Positions 50,057 through 64,000 of a DNA stretch of 64,000 nt are shown piece after piece. A program made the position numbers and the translations under genes. Positions within the stretch are counted from its first letter, which is position 1. Every line of letters begins with the position of its first letter. The stretch spans positions 227,556-291,555 of the forward strand of contig MU619239.1 of assembly GCA_025201805.1 (NCBI GenBank), given 5' to 3'. The notes under the pieces were generated by a model. That model worked only from the letters and a program-made list of their open reading frames with translations. It searched no databases and was not told the DNA's origin. The DNA comes from Parasitella parasitica NRRL 2501. Taxonomy: Eukaryota; Fungi; Mucoromycota.

Positions 50057-51197
50057 ATGTAAACAGCTGTAAAAGGAATATGGAAATGATTAGTCTTTCA
50101 ACTCTCCTAAATTCATTTGATGCTGGTTTTCAATATAAATTAGATACCCATCATCGTCGTAAACAGGCTCATTGAGACAATGCTAATCCACGAGAAAAAG
50201 CACAAAGCGCGGTCTTTGAATTGTTCCTGCACCTGGAGCAACTTTTGATAGATTTGGCAAAAAAAAAAACCAAAAACTCTTGTCAAGATTTTTTCAAGCA
50301 TGATTAGACTAGTAAGTATTCTATATAATGATAATAAAAATTATTTAAAAATTAATTTTCTATTAGGCAACATTTTTTTCATTGTTTTTGGGCCACGAGG
50401 TATATCGAAATTTTTGAAAATATAAATTTTTGACTTTTTGCTTGAAACTTGAAAAATTTAGGATACAAAATTAAAATAAACATTTTGAGCATAAAGTGAA
50501 GCTAATTTAAACATGATAGTCTCAGCGAATGTTTGATTAAAAAATGCTTTTTCGAGGCTAAATTTCGGATTTAGCTGAAACTGGAGTTCTCGCCTTACCA
50601 TGTGGCAGGGGCAAATTCTTGAAAAATCATCGATTTGTAAAAATCATAATACTAGCCTAGAAAGTACCTTGTGAATGAGAGAAATCGTTTGGTATGCTTT
50701 TGAGCGCTTTAGCTGCTCAAAAAGTGGCTTTTTGAGGGAATTCAAAGTAGTGATCTGAGCAGTTTTGGTAGGACAGTAGCATCTTGAAGAGTGCTTTCGC
50801 AGCGATATGTTTTCAGTATGCATTATATGAGAAGGTGTGTCCATGCAATGTTCGCCAGAATATACGAATTTGGCGAAAAAAGAAAGTTACTGTATATGGC
50901 TACAAATCATGAAAGTACAGTATCTGCAATTTCTGAGTAACCAGTGAAAAATACCGTACTGCTTTATCGGGTGATTGTTGTTTACAATGAGAAACCTTTT
51001 TAAGGTTAATGTTTTGGATCATCCCCTTGCTTTGAGAGCAACTATTTTATATTTAATTATATGATCTGCCCGAAAAAATATACAAGCTTCGCTTTCCTTT
51101 CTACTCTTTTCATATACCACACGCACACACACACACACACAAAAGCAACTTAGAAATGTTAGATATACCTGTATTCCGCAGCCAAATTGTACACTCG

Positions 51198-52120
51198 ATG
51201 AATCCATATATTCATAAATATTGCGGATGTATACATTTAAGAATGGGAGCTGCGCTGTCATGTATCATTTGGATGGTAAAAAAAATAGCTACCTTATTTT
51301 GTCCTCGTGTGTCATGACTAACACTTTTTTGTATCTAGGGTGTTTCTCTATATTTCGCTGTCTTATCATTACAAGGAAAGAGTCGTGAGTATCATCTACT
51401 ACAAAGTATTCCAAACAGAAGGCTAATTATTTATACAGCACTATATTCGCACCTTGATTTGACGGCCATATACTTTTTTGGAGCTATAAATGTTATATTT
51501 GTCAGTATCAGTCTAGGCACATTACTTTCCATTTATTTTGTAAGGACTATTTATCGCATATGCCACAGTCTTTCTAATTGAGTGAACCAGGAATCGTATC
51601 ATGCAATTCGTAACGCAACTTTTATTGTCTTTGCTGGTCTAGCATGTCTTATAATAGACACGGTTGTAAACAACGTCATTTTCATTGTTCGCAAAGAAGA
51701 TTATGTAGACTGGTGTATCAATTCAGCATCAGGAAATCTCGATTCGATCTTGCGACAAAGTCAGATCATGATTGGATCAGGGGATGGTACACGAGAACCA
51801 AGATTTGAGACAAACATGGGCGATTTCTACAACTGCAATAGAACCTGGGAAGATGAATTAAAATTTTCAATCATGATGACCGTCGTGATTAGCGCAGTTT
51901 ATGTAAGTGTTTTGTGTGTTTCTGCGGATATGGCATGCTCAAATACCGTGCATCTTAGGGTTACTGGGCCATCAGTCTGTTCTCGTACAGCCATAAACTT
52001 CGCATTGAACTGGTCAGATTCATAAGCGAAAAAATGAACACGGGGATGCCGATGATGGGAAACATTGTGCCTGTGCAGGGAGCTCCAATTGTTGCTGGTG
52101 CCGATATGATGCGTCAATGA
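51198..52120 (+). CDS. Hypothetical four-TM (tetraspanin-like) membrane protein, spliced
   Basis: MNPYIHKYCGCIHLRMGAALSCIIWM start, hydrophobic segments, loop YVDWC...YNCNRTWEDE, YWAISLFSYSHKLR. Confidence 0.65.
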
Positions 52121-52319
52121 AGGTTAAATAAAATTTTACGTGTAGAGCAAATGTACACAACAAATCGGTACGACGATCCAAAACAAGATTAGTTTTGTTT
52201 TTCCATCGACATATAAATACTTGTGTGGGCAGTGTTGCCTATCGATTAATCTCCCCCCCCCCCTTTTTTTTTTTGCTTTTTTTTCTTTTTCTTTTCGTTT
52301 GGATTTGTCTATAAAGACA

Positions 52320-53366
52320 ATGTCTCCGTTTCATAAATATGCATCGAGCAAAGAAAAGAGCTTGAAGCGGTCAAGCCAGACTCCTGTAGATCGACCTCTA
52401 CCGAGGACATCTCCCCCAGGAAATTTCAATGTAAATTACGATACCTTTGAAATTAGGATACCCAATTACAAATTTGGAAAAGCCATTGAGCTTGCTGGCG
52501 CAGGCGGCTTAATGGCTGTTTGCATTGGAAAGAGGTAAAATCTAGCCAAACGAGCAAAGACCGTGTTTACTAACTTGCCATACCAGAATAAAAGACAATA
52601 AACTCGTGCTGGCCAAAATCTCGCCACATTCAGTTCGATTAGAACGAGAATACTACATTACAAAAAGACTGTATGCATTGCCAGGCGGAACAAAGTTTGT
52701 ACCAAACGCAATCGAGTATGTGTCGTTGACACAAGATGGACTTGCTGCCTTGCTCTACGCAGACATTCAACCCAACGACTGCATTTATTTTGAGCAGCAC
52801 CAAAAGACACACTATTTTACGCTGCACTCGCTGTCGATGTTGACCAAAAGCTATGATATCTGGGACGAGGACGTTGAGCCGATACCTAAATGCAATGAGA
52901 TCACGCTTGACATGTTCTTGATGTTTGCTATTGAATGTTGCTCCGCACTTCAGTTCTTGCATGAAAATGGCGTTATCCACGGCGAGTTGCGGCCATCAGC
53001 TTTTCAATGCGTTCGTGGTGCGGATGGAAATATCAGCACAAAAGTATGGAACTTTGGCGGCGGGCTGAATTCCTATGAAGAACTGTTGCTGACAAGCTCA
53101 AGATGGAGGCCTTTCATGTCGAATGAGGGCAGCAGCAGCAGTAACAACGGCAACAACAGCAACTTAACGTCACCAAACTCGACACTGTCATTCTCGTCAT
53201 TGATACCCACTCCACCGCCCCCATTGCCTTTACCTCATCAGCAACCCTCTAGCTATTTCCAATTAAAACACAACAGCAACAACAACAACACCACCACCAA
53301 CACCAACACCACCACCAACAACAACAACAACAATAATAACAACAATAACAACAATAACAACAATAA

Positions 53367-53405
<39 letters not shown>

Positions 53406-56400
53406 TAGTAGCACATCATTAGCCAATGCATACTTAAGCCGATTTTATTCCCCCAAAGAGTTCCAAACATCACTTGTCTATGTCAGCCCTGAACAAACAG
53501 GAAGAACTGCGAATGCGTTGGACCATAGGGCGGATCTATATTCACTGGGGATCATGTTTTTTATAATTTTAACTGATAGAAATCCGTTTGCAGGTACAGC
53601 CATGGATGTGATTCGTGCCATTTTGTCTAAAAACGTGCCTCTTGTACATACAATCCGAAGTGACATCCCACCTATCGTAAGCTTAATTATCGACAAACTG
53701 ACAAGAAAGACAGTAAATGAAAGATACGACAGTGCGTATGGCCTCAGAGAGGATTTATTAGAGTGTCAGCGAAGGCTTGAGAATGGAAATCCTAACGAGG
53801 TAAATGTGCATTTACTTTCTTGTAGTTTGAAGGCAGCAGAAGTAATAACACAATCCTTTATATTTGCAGACGTTGGTTTATTTTCCACTGGGTCTCAGAG
53901 ACATAAATCCGGTGTTCAAAGTATCCGATGGCATCTATGGACGACATAAGGAATCCGAATTAATCAGCTCCATTATTGAAAACACTTACAACGTCCACCA
54001 AAAAGAAAAAATCAAGAACAAGAAGGTGCTTGTGACAAAAAACGTGTCTGAGGATTCCAGCACACCATCGACTATGGAATCTGCAACGACCACAGCTTTG
54101 ATTTCCTCACCTGTAACAGAAAAAGCAAACAAGACACAAGACAATAGTCCCTTGAAAGAAGCTGATAATCTACTTCGAGTTAACTCGTCGACATCACTTG
54201 ACCATACCAACTGCGAGGTCATTGTACTGAGAGGGGTAGGTGGTATTGGCAAATCAACACTAGTGTCTACATTGAATGTGCAAGCACGCCATTGCGGATA
54301 CACAGCTTGCGCAAAATTCGATAAAAATCAAAAGAGACCCTACAATGGACTACTGCGATGTCTCTCTTCCATTCTTCGACAGCTGTTGACCGAATCAGAA
54401 CATGTGATTAGAGAATTCTACAGAGATCTAAAGGAAAATTTAGGGCCACAGTTCAGCAACGTTCGATTAATGGTTAATATGGTACCTGAATTGAAGCCTA
54501 TTTTGTACGACTATCGAGAGAGAATCAGCCTGCCCGACGATGATGCTTTGAGCAACATTTTGAACACTGAAACCAGATTTCATTCAGTAAGTGGACATTT
54601 GCTGCCATGGTATACTGAACTGACACTGTGTTTGTTAATAAAAAGGTCTTTTTGAACATCATCCGCACCATTGCTAGGAGGAAACTATTAACACTGGTGT
54701 GTGCATATAAACATGCCGCATGAATACTTGTGCTAATTGTGCTATTTTAGTGTTTGGATGACTTACAAGAGGCAGACGAACCGTCTATCAACTTGATTAG
54801 TGCGCTGATTTCCTCAAGGACGACCATGCTAGTTATTTTAACTTTTAGAGATGGAGACGAAACACCTCAGCAAGTAGTAGACATACTAGAAAAGTGCATT
54901 AATCCAGTTACAATCATACAACTCGTGCCGCTGGAGAGGGAAGGACTCAGAAACCTTGTCTTGGACACATTCTATAATACGCACAAGTCATCAAGTACTC
55001 TTTTGTACTACGAAATGGAGAAAGGGCAGCAGCAGCAAATCGAAACTATCATGCCTTTGGTCGACATCATTTACAGCTGGACACGTGGAAACCCCTTTTA
55101 CGCCAAGCAGTTTCTCAAAACCATGAAAAGAAAAGATGATATTTGGTTTGACTGGACGGTCAAGAACTGGAAGTTTAGATTAGACAACATCAAGAAACTA
55201 TTTGACAACACCAAGCAGCAGTTTCTACCCAAAAAGGCCGGTTTGAACAGTGCAGCAGAAGTAGCCTTTGTTAATGGGCCTCAGCTGCAGCAGCAACAAT
55301 ATCATCACTCAAATCATTCTATATTCGATGTTCGAAACCTAGTCTCGCATTTGCGTTCGTTGGATCTTAGTGCGCAGTATTTCCTTATGTGGGCAAGTTT
55401 AATGGGCCATGTCTTCAACTTTAGAAGAATCAAATGGCTAATGATGGCTTCCAGCACAGGCGGCGATACATCTGACGAAAATAGCAGTACGAACAGCAGC
55501 AGTACTCCTTGTGCCTATAAGATTCCTGATGAAGGAGTAAGCATTGGGAGTAATAATACCCGAACAAATCCTACCGCATCGCCTATGCTACCAACCAACC
55601 CATCCACGCCACCTGTGCTCACGTTTGAGGAGGAGCAAAAGAGGTCGAATCAAGCTATGCTAGGCCTCCAAATAGCTCTGCACGAAGGCATCATTCAGTA
55701 CAAAGTAGGCAATGATTTCCACTTTATCCATGATCGATACTGTCAAGCCGCATCCATGCTCATCGTAGACTCTGCTCAGCGAGAAAACATGCATCTCAAA
55801 ATTGGGCAAATGCTGATGATGGAGGAAGAGATGGAGGAAGAGGATAATGTGTTTCTGACAGCAGATCATTTTGTCAAGAGTGCTGGGCTCATACGATTTA
55901 TTGAAAAGAGGAAATGCTACCGCGATATCCTTGTCAAAGCGGGCAATGAAGCAACCTTGTCTGGAGCCTTGCAAATATCCGCTACTTATTACCAGTGCGC
56001 ATTATCACTATTAGATGATGATATTGAAAAGCGATGGCAAGACAGCCATGATAGTTCGTTCTCGGAAACACTAAACATCTACATGAAGATTCTTGAGCTT
56101 AATATGCTAAACAACAACGATAAAACCAGAGCAGCACATATCAGCAGCTCTCAAGATGCTACAGAGAAGCAGCAGTTTACAGATATTACAGTAGCTACTA
56201 TAAAATCTATCATGGCAGACGATAGTAGCAGACTTGCGACTGCCAAAACCCGCATCATCCAAGACGAAGCCCGAGATTCCATGGTTAAACAAATCATGGC
56301 CCACACTCAAGACCACCCGTTTGAAAGAGCTCAAGCCTGGCGAATACAGGCATACATCTGTTTCCAGCAATCACAATATCGAAAAGGCATTTCTAACATC

Positions 56401-59400
56401 CTCCAAGGCTTAGAGGAACTAGGCATTGTCGTTGACACAAACATCACAAACCAAGAAGCACTGCAGTACTACCAAGCTGTCAAATCAACCATAACAGAGA
56501 CTGGCTTTGAGATATTGGCCAAGTCAGGCCCATGTCAAAATGCAAAACAGATTGCCATAATGGCGCTCCTGAACGAAGCTTGCATTGGTGCCTACTGGAT
56601 AAACCCGATTTTGGTCGAGTTTTTTGCTCTCAAATTGTGCGACTTTTCATTAAGGCATGGATATACTTCGGCGAGCGGTGGAGGTTTTATTTGGGCGGGA
56701 TGCACAGCTACTCGCGTATCTGAGTTTACGTTTGCTGCTCAACTGGGAAAATTTGGCATGGCTATCAGTGAGAAATACGCAGGCAACTCTGAAATTGCTC
56801 GGGCCATCATTGTGCATCATGCATTGTTGGCTCAGTGGACCGGTGTTCATGTACGAGAGTACATTTATCAATACCAGCGAGCCTATAAATATGCCATTGC
56901 AGGTGGTGATCAGGTAAAAAGATATCTATGGTTTACACGTGTATATATCTTACTCTGCATAGTTATTTTCGTCGATGGCCTTGTTCCATGTAGCTTCTAC
57001 GCTATATTGGACAAGCTGTAACCTGTCTGAATTGCGTTGGCATCTGAACCACTCTTTGGAAGAATGCAGCAAAAGTAGTTCTAAAGACGTACTAATTATG
57101 AACATTTCATTGTGGAGATCGGTACTTGTTTTTCAGGGCAAGACCGACATTACGATGGATCCAGAGACGATGATGAATGATTCGGACAGCAACTTTGACG
57201 AGCCTTCTTTTGTGCAAGATGTCAAGAGCCAAAGTGTGAATTCTGGAAACCCTCTCAATTGGCACTACAGCTTCAAGATGATTCTGCTGTTCCATTTTGG
57301 TTTTACACAAGCTGCATCAGATCTAGGATTCAAGATTTTTGACAATTCCGTAAATGAGGCAGTGTAAGTTTTATTGTCTATTTTTCATCTCTCTGTCCCT
57401 GTTAGTTTTGGCTATAACATCAAGCTACGTATTTAATATATATGCATTATATATATAGACATCGACACGTCGGTATTGCCATGTACTATCATTGCATTGC
57501 GATTGTAGAATCTTTAAGAAGCCCCGATCTTGAGCCCGATACCCGAGAGAAATACGAAAAGCAGCTCCACAAGAACGAAAGAAGGCTGAATGAGCTTGCA
57601 ACACACTCCGAGGTCAACTACCGCATGTACCATAAAGTGGTGGTAAGTTTTTTTTTTTTTTTTTTGCTCCTGTAATTCAGGTACAATGAATGCTCAGTTA
57701 TATGCATAATAGCAAGCGCAAATATCCACTCTGGACACGAGCAATCTAAACGAGAGTTTACGTCTTTACAACCAAGTCATGGAGCTTGCGCTAAAAGGTA
57801 ATTGGTATTCGTTCTTGGGGTTAACATTCGAACTTGCGTCCGAGCATTATATGCGATGCGGGCTTACCATGCTGGCTGTGCCTACATTGTCAAAATCAAT
57901 CGAGTTCTACGCTCGTTGGGGTGCGTTTGGTAAGGTGCAATATCTCAAGAACAAGTACAGTAAACAGCTGGATAGCCTGCCTATCGCTGGCAAGGAAGAT
58001 ATGTCCGTGCAGACCGATGATGTGATTGTAGGCCTCACCACGACTGTTGCTGACAAAAACTTTAGTATCTGGGACAACAACAGCAGTGATGAAACGACCC
58101 CTGATCCATCTCTCAAGGAAATGTATAGCAATGAAGATCCTCTGCAGCAACATGAGGGTGTGGGCATAGAACCAGGAAATGATGCAGTGATTGGCAGTAG
58201 TGAGATTTTGTCAGGCAACAACATTACTTCAGAAGACGTGGATGCGATGCGAGAGGAAACATTATTTTCCTTGGATATGGTGGACCTGACTTCTATTATC
58301 AAGAGTTCTCAAGGTTTGTATGTGTATACGAATAGACCGAGTGCATTGACCAAACCAATTCCTCATAGTTATATCTAATGAAATGAATTCGTTTGACGAA
58401 CTTTTGAAAAAGATGATGGGCATTATCATGGGCAATTCTGGCGCAGAATCTGGCGCCATCATCATAAAGGAAGGTGTATTTGGCATCGTAGCCTATTCAG
58501 TTCGGTCTACTGATACATGTCAAACTTACGAACCGCCACTTTCTCTTCGTGATGACGATGACAAAGTATCTACATCCATTGTGCATTATGTGATCCACAC
58601 ACACGCAAATCTGTTTATTTCAAACGTGGAGGGTGACCCTCGGTTCAATACCGGCGACGCTGGCATGAAAAAGGGAGCCGTGATTTGCTTGCCCATTATG
58701 CACAAAAGTACCCTTGTAGGCGTGCTATACCTTCAAGCCAACTTGAACACATTTACTCACAAGCATGCCAATGTCCTTGCTCTTTTATGTGATCAGATCG
58801 GTATCTCGATCACCAACGCACTCCTGTTCAAGTCTGTGCAAAAGGCTACAAAAGCCAACGCCCTTATGATTGAAAGCCAACTCAAGGCGTTGGAAGAAGC
58901 TCGTGCCAGCAAAGAACAAGCTCTGCGTGCCACTAAAATGAAATCCAATTTTCTAGCAAATATGTCTCACGAACTGCGTACTCCGTTTTCTGGCTTTTAC
59001 GGTATGATCTCTTTGCTGAGCGAAACACGTCTGGATGCAGAGCAAAGGGAATTTGTATCTATTGCAAAACAGAGCTGTGAGATGCTACTACACATCATTG
59101 ATGATCTGCTGGATTTCTCAAAGCTGGAGGCACATAAGGTCAAGCTGTTGCACGGCCTATTCTACATCGAAGACCTAATAGCTGATCGCATGGAGCTGCT
59201 CATTACACTTGCAGCCAACAAAAATGTAGAACTGACTTACTCCATCGAGGAAGATGTTCCGTCGATAATCTTTGGTGATGGCAATCGCATTGGCCAAATT
59301 CTGATGAATTTAATTGGCAACGCGATCAAGTTTACACACCACGGTGAAGTTGTGGTGCGATGCTCTGTAGATAAAAGCAGCAGTGCACAAAAGGAACCAG

Positions 59401-60920
59401 ACGATATGACACTCATGATATCTGTGCAGGATACCGGCATCGGCATGTCTGAAGAGGAGATCAAGGGTCTGTTTTTACCCTTTAGCCAAGTGGATGGGTC
59501 TACGACAAGGTATTTGTAAAATTAATTTCAAATACGAGTGTACATCTAATACATGAAGAATAGAAACTTTGGCGGCACTGGCCTCGGTCTATCGATATGC
59601 TTACAACTAGTTAAGCTAATGCATGGCAAAATTCAAGTAGAATCAGTTGTGAATGGAGGATCCACATTCTCATTCACGATCCAAGTGAAGACTGTCGATT
59701 CTGAAGCAAAGACTGACGCTAATTATGATTCACGCAACTCCTCCATCCGAGAATTGCAACAGCAGCTGGGACAACCTTGCTTGTTAATCATAGGCTTAGA
59801 ACGTGTCAAATCCATGATCCAGTCATTTATACCTTGGGCCAAACATTTGGGACACGCGAATTCAGTCGCTGAGGGCATCGATGCAGCTCTTTATAATGCT
59901 GGAAACAACGCTCCTTATGATGTTATTGTGCTTGATTCGCCTAATCCTGAAGATTTGCTATTCTTGATCAAGCATATTGAGGAGATGCCTGCTCTTGGAA
60001 GCATGCGAATTTTGATGTTACTTGCGCCTACTGTTGATAACATGCGTCGCCATTTCGCGCATAACACCGTAACGGCAAATAGTGATAAAAAGGATGGTTC
60101 CCCTATTCCAACAGCGGAAACAGCAGAATTGGCTGATCACGAAGGCGATCATCTACAACATCATCATGTATTCCATCCTCTAGTTACACGTTTGTCGAAG
60201 CCCATTCGAACCGTGAGACTACTGAATACACTTGTGAAGATGCTATCGAAAACTGCTGTTGCCATAGAAACCGAAAAAACTCATGGAAAAACATTGCAAG
60301 CGCTGACAGATAGCACACTACCTCTCACAGACTCTGCATTAGCATCCGTCGATAACAATACCGAATTACTGGAAGCAGAACATGTCCCAGAGATTGTCCC
60401 CACGCTATTAACACCTACGTATTCAAGGAAGAAACATGAAGCCTTTTCACCAGAAGAACTGGCCCAGTTTAAAGGCCAAAAGATTCTTGTTGCTGAGGAT
60501 AATTTCATCGCACAACAATTGATTGTCAAACAGCTGAATCGACTAGGCTTTGTTGTAGACAAGTGCAATAATGGCTTCGAGTGCTTTGATACTTGGAAAG
60601 CACGAGGGCCTGGCTTCTTTGGATTGGCTTGGATAGATCATCATATGCCTGGTTGTGATGGGTTGGAGGCAACAAGAAAGATTCGCGCCTACGAGAAAGA
60701 AAAGGGATTAGTCCCAACATTACCGATCATTGCACTGACAGGTATGTGATTTATGTGGTATTTTTTCAAAAGATAGCTCACATTTCCTTGTTGTGTATGT
60801 GTAGCCGATATTCAATCGACTGCACAAACAAACTGTTTTAATGCTGGCATGAACGATTATGTAACAAAACCTCTGATGCAAAAAGATTTGGCAATGATAT
60901 TAAGGAAATACTGCTTGTAA
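52320..60920 (+). CDS. Group X hybrid histidine kinase (kinase-like - AAA/P-loop - GAF - HisKA - HATPase - receiver; Chk1/Mak2-3-like), spliced
   Basis: YVSPEQTGR, DHRADLYSLG; Walker A GVGGIGKST; TRGNPFY; FIHDRYCQAA; GAF CLPIMHKSTLVGVLYL; H-box FLANMSHELRTP; QILMNLIGNAIKFT, DTGIG, GGTGLGLSIC; receiver LVAEDN..DHHMPGCDG..KP. Confidence 0.95.
53271..53410. repeat. AAC/ACC/AGC triplet tract encoding poly-Asn/Thr/Ser inside the kinase-like domain
   Basis: Direct low-complexity triplet run. Confidence 0.9.
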
Positions 60921-61327
60921 TTTTATGACAATAATAATAAACTTTATTACATACAATAGTTTAAAGGATATTCTTTCGGTAGCCTGCTATGTAAATGACT
61001 GCGAAACCTCCAGTGATGCGCATAAAGTATAGCTTTGGATATTATGGGTGGAATGAAACAGTTGCAAAATCAATCTTTTAGGCCGTTCATCAAAAGATAC
61101 GGCAGATTTCACAAGCTATACGTTTAACCCATCGATAGAGCCTCTTTTATATGATAGACTAGTTTTTAAGACATTATGATTTGTGATGTTACAATAAGGC
61201 AAATAAAGTGATTGTTAGTTATAGACTTGATTAAAAAGTTTTTAAAGGAAAATGTGAATACTGAACTAATTTATATTGATGAGGTTCGTGGTCTGTATCA
61301 CGAATTATTACTATACAAAAACAGGTT

Positions 61328-61708
61328 TTAATCACTCGCACGACGTTTTCTGCTATTTGGCTTCCAAGTGTCGTCTTCCAGCACAGCCTTTACATCCTGG
61401 GTTTTCTTCAAAATTTCAACCCATATGTCTAATAATTTATTTGCTTGATTCACTGTTTCTGAAAATTGATGTATTTTGCTGCCTGCTTCTGCAAAATCCT
61501 CTATCACACCTTCCAAAACTCGATTTATTGATTGTACGGACTCATACTCTAGTTTGAGCTGCTGGTTTTCCGCATCCGAATTGCTTGGATTGTCAACAGG
61601 TGGTTCTTCTTGTTGGTTTTGTGGTATAGCGAGAAGGGTGGACCTTCTGCCGCTTTTATTGAATGCAATTGTGTGGCGAGATTTAGGCGATGATTCTGGT
61701 TCGTCCAT
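61328..61708 (-). CDS. DUO1: DASH/Dam1 kinetochore complex subunit Duo1
   Basis: LKLEYESVQSINRVLEGVI...SETVNQANKLLDIWVEILKKTQ..L.DDTW matches the Duo1 core pattern. Confidence 0.75.
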   Translation of the reverse strand: MDEPESSPKSRHTIAFNKSGRRSTLLAIPQNQQEEPPVDNPSNSDAENQQLKLEYESVQSINRVLEGVIEDFAEAGSKIHQFSETVNQANKLLDIWVEILKKTQDVKAVLEDDTWKPNSRKRRASD

Positions 61709-62851
61709 ATTAAAGAAAAAGCTAAAAGCTGGGTTCCATAAAAGCATCCCAGATATACTCGCGCGTCTTCGCTCGCTGCACTTGAATAGTGCTCCCTGAG
61801 AAGAGCCATCTCAATTCTAATCATCAAGCCCTGTCCTGTAAATATTTAGTATTGGCATCAACGCTGCGCGATCTGTTTGAACAATTTTTAAATTATCGAC
61901 TAATTTTGATGTTCAAGTACGATAGCGTTGCGAAATGGTCTTTTGCTCAAAATTCGACTTACATTCTACACATGCATGTCCATAAGCAGTTTGGTAGGAC
62001 ATCTCTTTAAACGATGAGTGATAAAACTAAACCTTCAATATTATGTAATTACAATGCAAAAATCACAATATAATGCCAACTGATTTGTTCATTAGAGCTT
62101 ATGAGATTGTACTACACATTTAAATGTGGAAATAGCAATATCTAGAAAAGAAATTTGATGCATGACATACAGCAAGAGAAAAATATTCTTCTGGGTATCT
62201 GATTTATGTATACTGATGCTTGGCATTTCAGCTTGTTTGAGGCAATTCTTCGGTTAATAACCAGGCCGTGATATATAATATATATATAAAAAAGCTGACA
62301 ATCATCGAAAATATGGCCTGCTTTGCTTGCATTTTCCAATGTTATTTATCTATCTGTCGATTAATAAATGTAAAAGTGTCTCCTTATCGCAGCACTGAAC
62401 CATTCTTGCATTCGATTACGGCTTTTTGCTGAACAAATCCACAATAATCACTAATATTTTTAAAAACCAGAATGTTTTTGTTACACTACCAGCATCGTGA
62501 GAAATATGTAAACGTCAAAAATAAATGATTGAGAAAGATCTGAATCAAGAATATCCACGGTTAAAATGTATTTCTTTTTCAACTTTTATCCTAAATGACT
62601 AAATTAGCTCATATGTATCAGCATTGAATTGACATGCAATGTGCATTTAAGGCCAAAATTCAATAATAATATCAGAAAGAGTTTGAATGCAAAATTGTTG
62701 TTGAAAAGAATACTTGACAGACACTTTGTTTCATTTTTTTTTTTTCCAACTTATACACCCACTTTCATCAAAAAAATTTTCGCTCTTTTTTCACTTTCCT
62801 TTTTATTTTGTTTGAATCAAAACAGAGTTAATTAATTTATTCTTTACAAAC

Positions 62852-64000
62852 ATGAAAGATCAGCTTGAACCAAGATTTGATGACTCTAGACCCGCTGAAT
62901 CATCAAAAAGCTCTGCAGTTTCACTAGGAGGTAGCGGTCAATTAGAAAAGAGAAATTCTATCACATCTGTTGAATCAGGAGTGGTGACAAATGATACCTC
63001 ATCTATTGAAAGCGATGGTCCTGTTTTAGTTCCTCACATGGGCTTGATTAGTAGCTGTAACATGGTAAAGCAAATTTCTTATCCTGTTGTATAGCTATAT
63101 AAGCTAATCTAACCGATCTTTCTCTTGCTCGTCCAGATTGTTGGCCTTATCATTGGCAGCGGTATTTTTGCTTCACCTGGCCCTGTAACTTTAAAAGTAG
63201 GTGCGGTAGGTCCTTCTTTGTGCGTGTGGGCAATCGGTGGTATCCTTAGTATGATCGGTGCTCTTTGTTATGCTGAATTGGGTACAATGATCACGAAATC
63301 AGGCGGTGAATACCAGTACTTGAAAGCATCCTATGGCCTGTGTCTCGGGCTGACCTTTAGCTGGGCCAATCTTTTACTAACGAACCCTATTGGCACTGCT
63401 TCCATTGCAACTGTATTCGCTCAATATATCATGGAAATGGCATACTTTAATCCGGATGACCCCAACGGCGAAGAAGTTGAAATGCCTGATTATGCTATCA
63501 AGCTTGTATCGATTGCTTGTATTTGGGTCGTTGTATTATTTAATGCATTTGCTAGAAAGGCAGGCGCCATGGTTGCTAATGTATTTACTGCGGCCAAGTT
63601 GCTTGCTTTGGCCATGATTATCATTATCGGTTGGGTTTGGTTAGGCAAGGGCCACACAGAGAACTTTCAAAATGCGTTTACTGGTAGCTCAACGAATGCT
63701 CTCGATTACGGTACTGCTATGTACATGGCCCTCTTTTCTTACAATGGCTGGAATAATTTAAACTATGGCATTGGTGAAGTCAAGAACCCTCAACGCACTT
63801 TACCCATTGCTATTTCCGTTTCTTGTATCCTTGTTACCACGGTGTATGTCCTAGGTAATATTGCCTATTTCGCTACTTTGCCTGTCGCCACGGTTGCCAC
63901 CTCATCGACTGTGGCAATGCAGCTTGGTATGGTTGCCATGGGTGAAGGTGGTGCTTATTTCTTTGCTCTCATGGTAGTCTTATCTACGTTTGGTGCTGTC
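62852..64000 (+). CDS. APC-superfamily amino-acid permease (LAT/Mup1-like), runs off the window end
   Basis: IVGLIIGSGIFASPG, GALCYAELGTMITKSGGEYQYL, LFSYNGWNNLNY..GEVKNPQRTLP; intron after ~63064. Confidence 0.92.

Noticed and set aside
53249-53473. Cys/Trp-rich metallothionein-like ORF
   Set aside because: Antisense reading of the poly-Asn/Thr triplet tract.
1-64000. tRNA, rRNA, snRNA genes or CRISPR arrays
   Set aside because: None recognised by eye; a covariance-model scan (tRNAscan-SE, Rfam) is needed to exclude small RNAs.

Overview
Gene-dense, intron-containing fungal nuclear DNA (short ~50-70 nt GT-AG introns, AT-rich intergenic DNA, microsatellites). Gene content and style point to a Mucorales genome such as Mucor (inference). 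About 28 protein-coding genes are recognisable: SMG9, LCP5, a Kel1/Tea1 kelch protein, Pol III C11, SSZ1, a metallopeptidase-jacalin protein, a CRAL-TRIO protein, a GATA factor, SYF1, Tea4/Bud14, NHX1, GPC1, a choline/ethanolamine kinase, a methyltransferase, a small ATP-dependent DNA ligase, RRP8, CCDC43, a Nudix hydrolase, a group X hybrid histidine kinase, DUO1, an amino-acid permease, and several orphans. The most striking item is missed by the ORF track: a ~2.1 kb element (30309-32447) bounded by near-identical long inverted repeats (226/227 bp core). It carries a five-exon gene whose C-terminal half looks like a serine-recombinase catalytic domain (IIGYCRKS), and a convergent truncated paralogue of the same N-terminus starts from the other repeat arm. 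Second most notable is a compact phage/bacterial-type DNA ligase with a mitochondrial-type presequence. Decayed LINE and nuclease-like pseudogene fragments lie at 35.9-37.8 kb. All assignments come from manual motif reading; no database searches were run.
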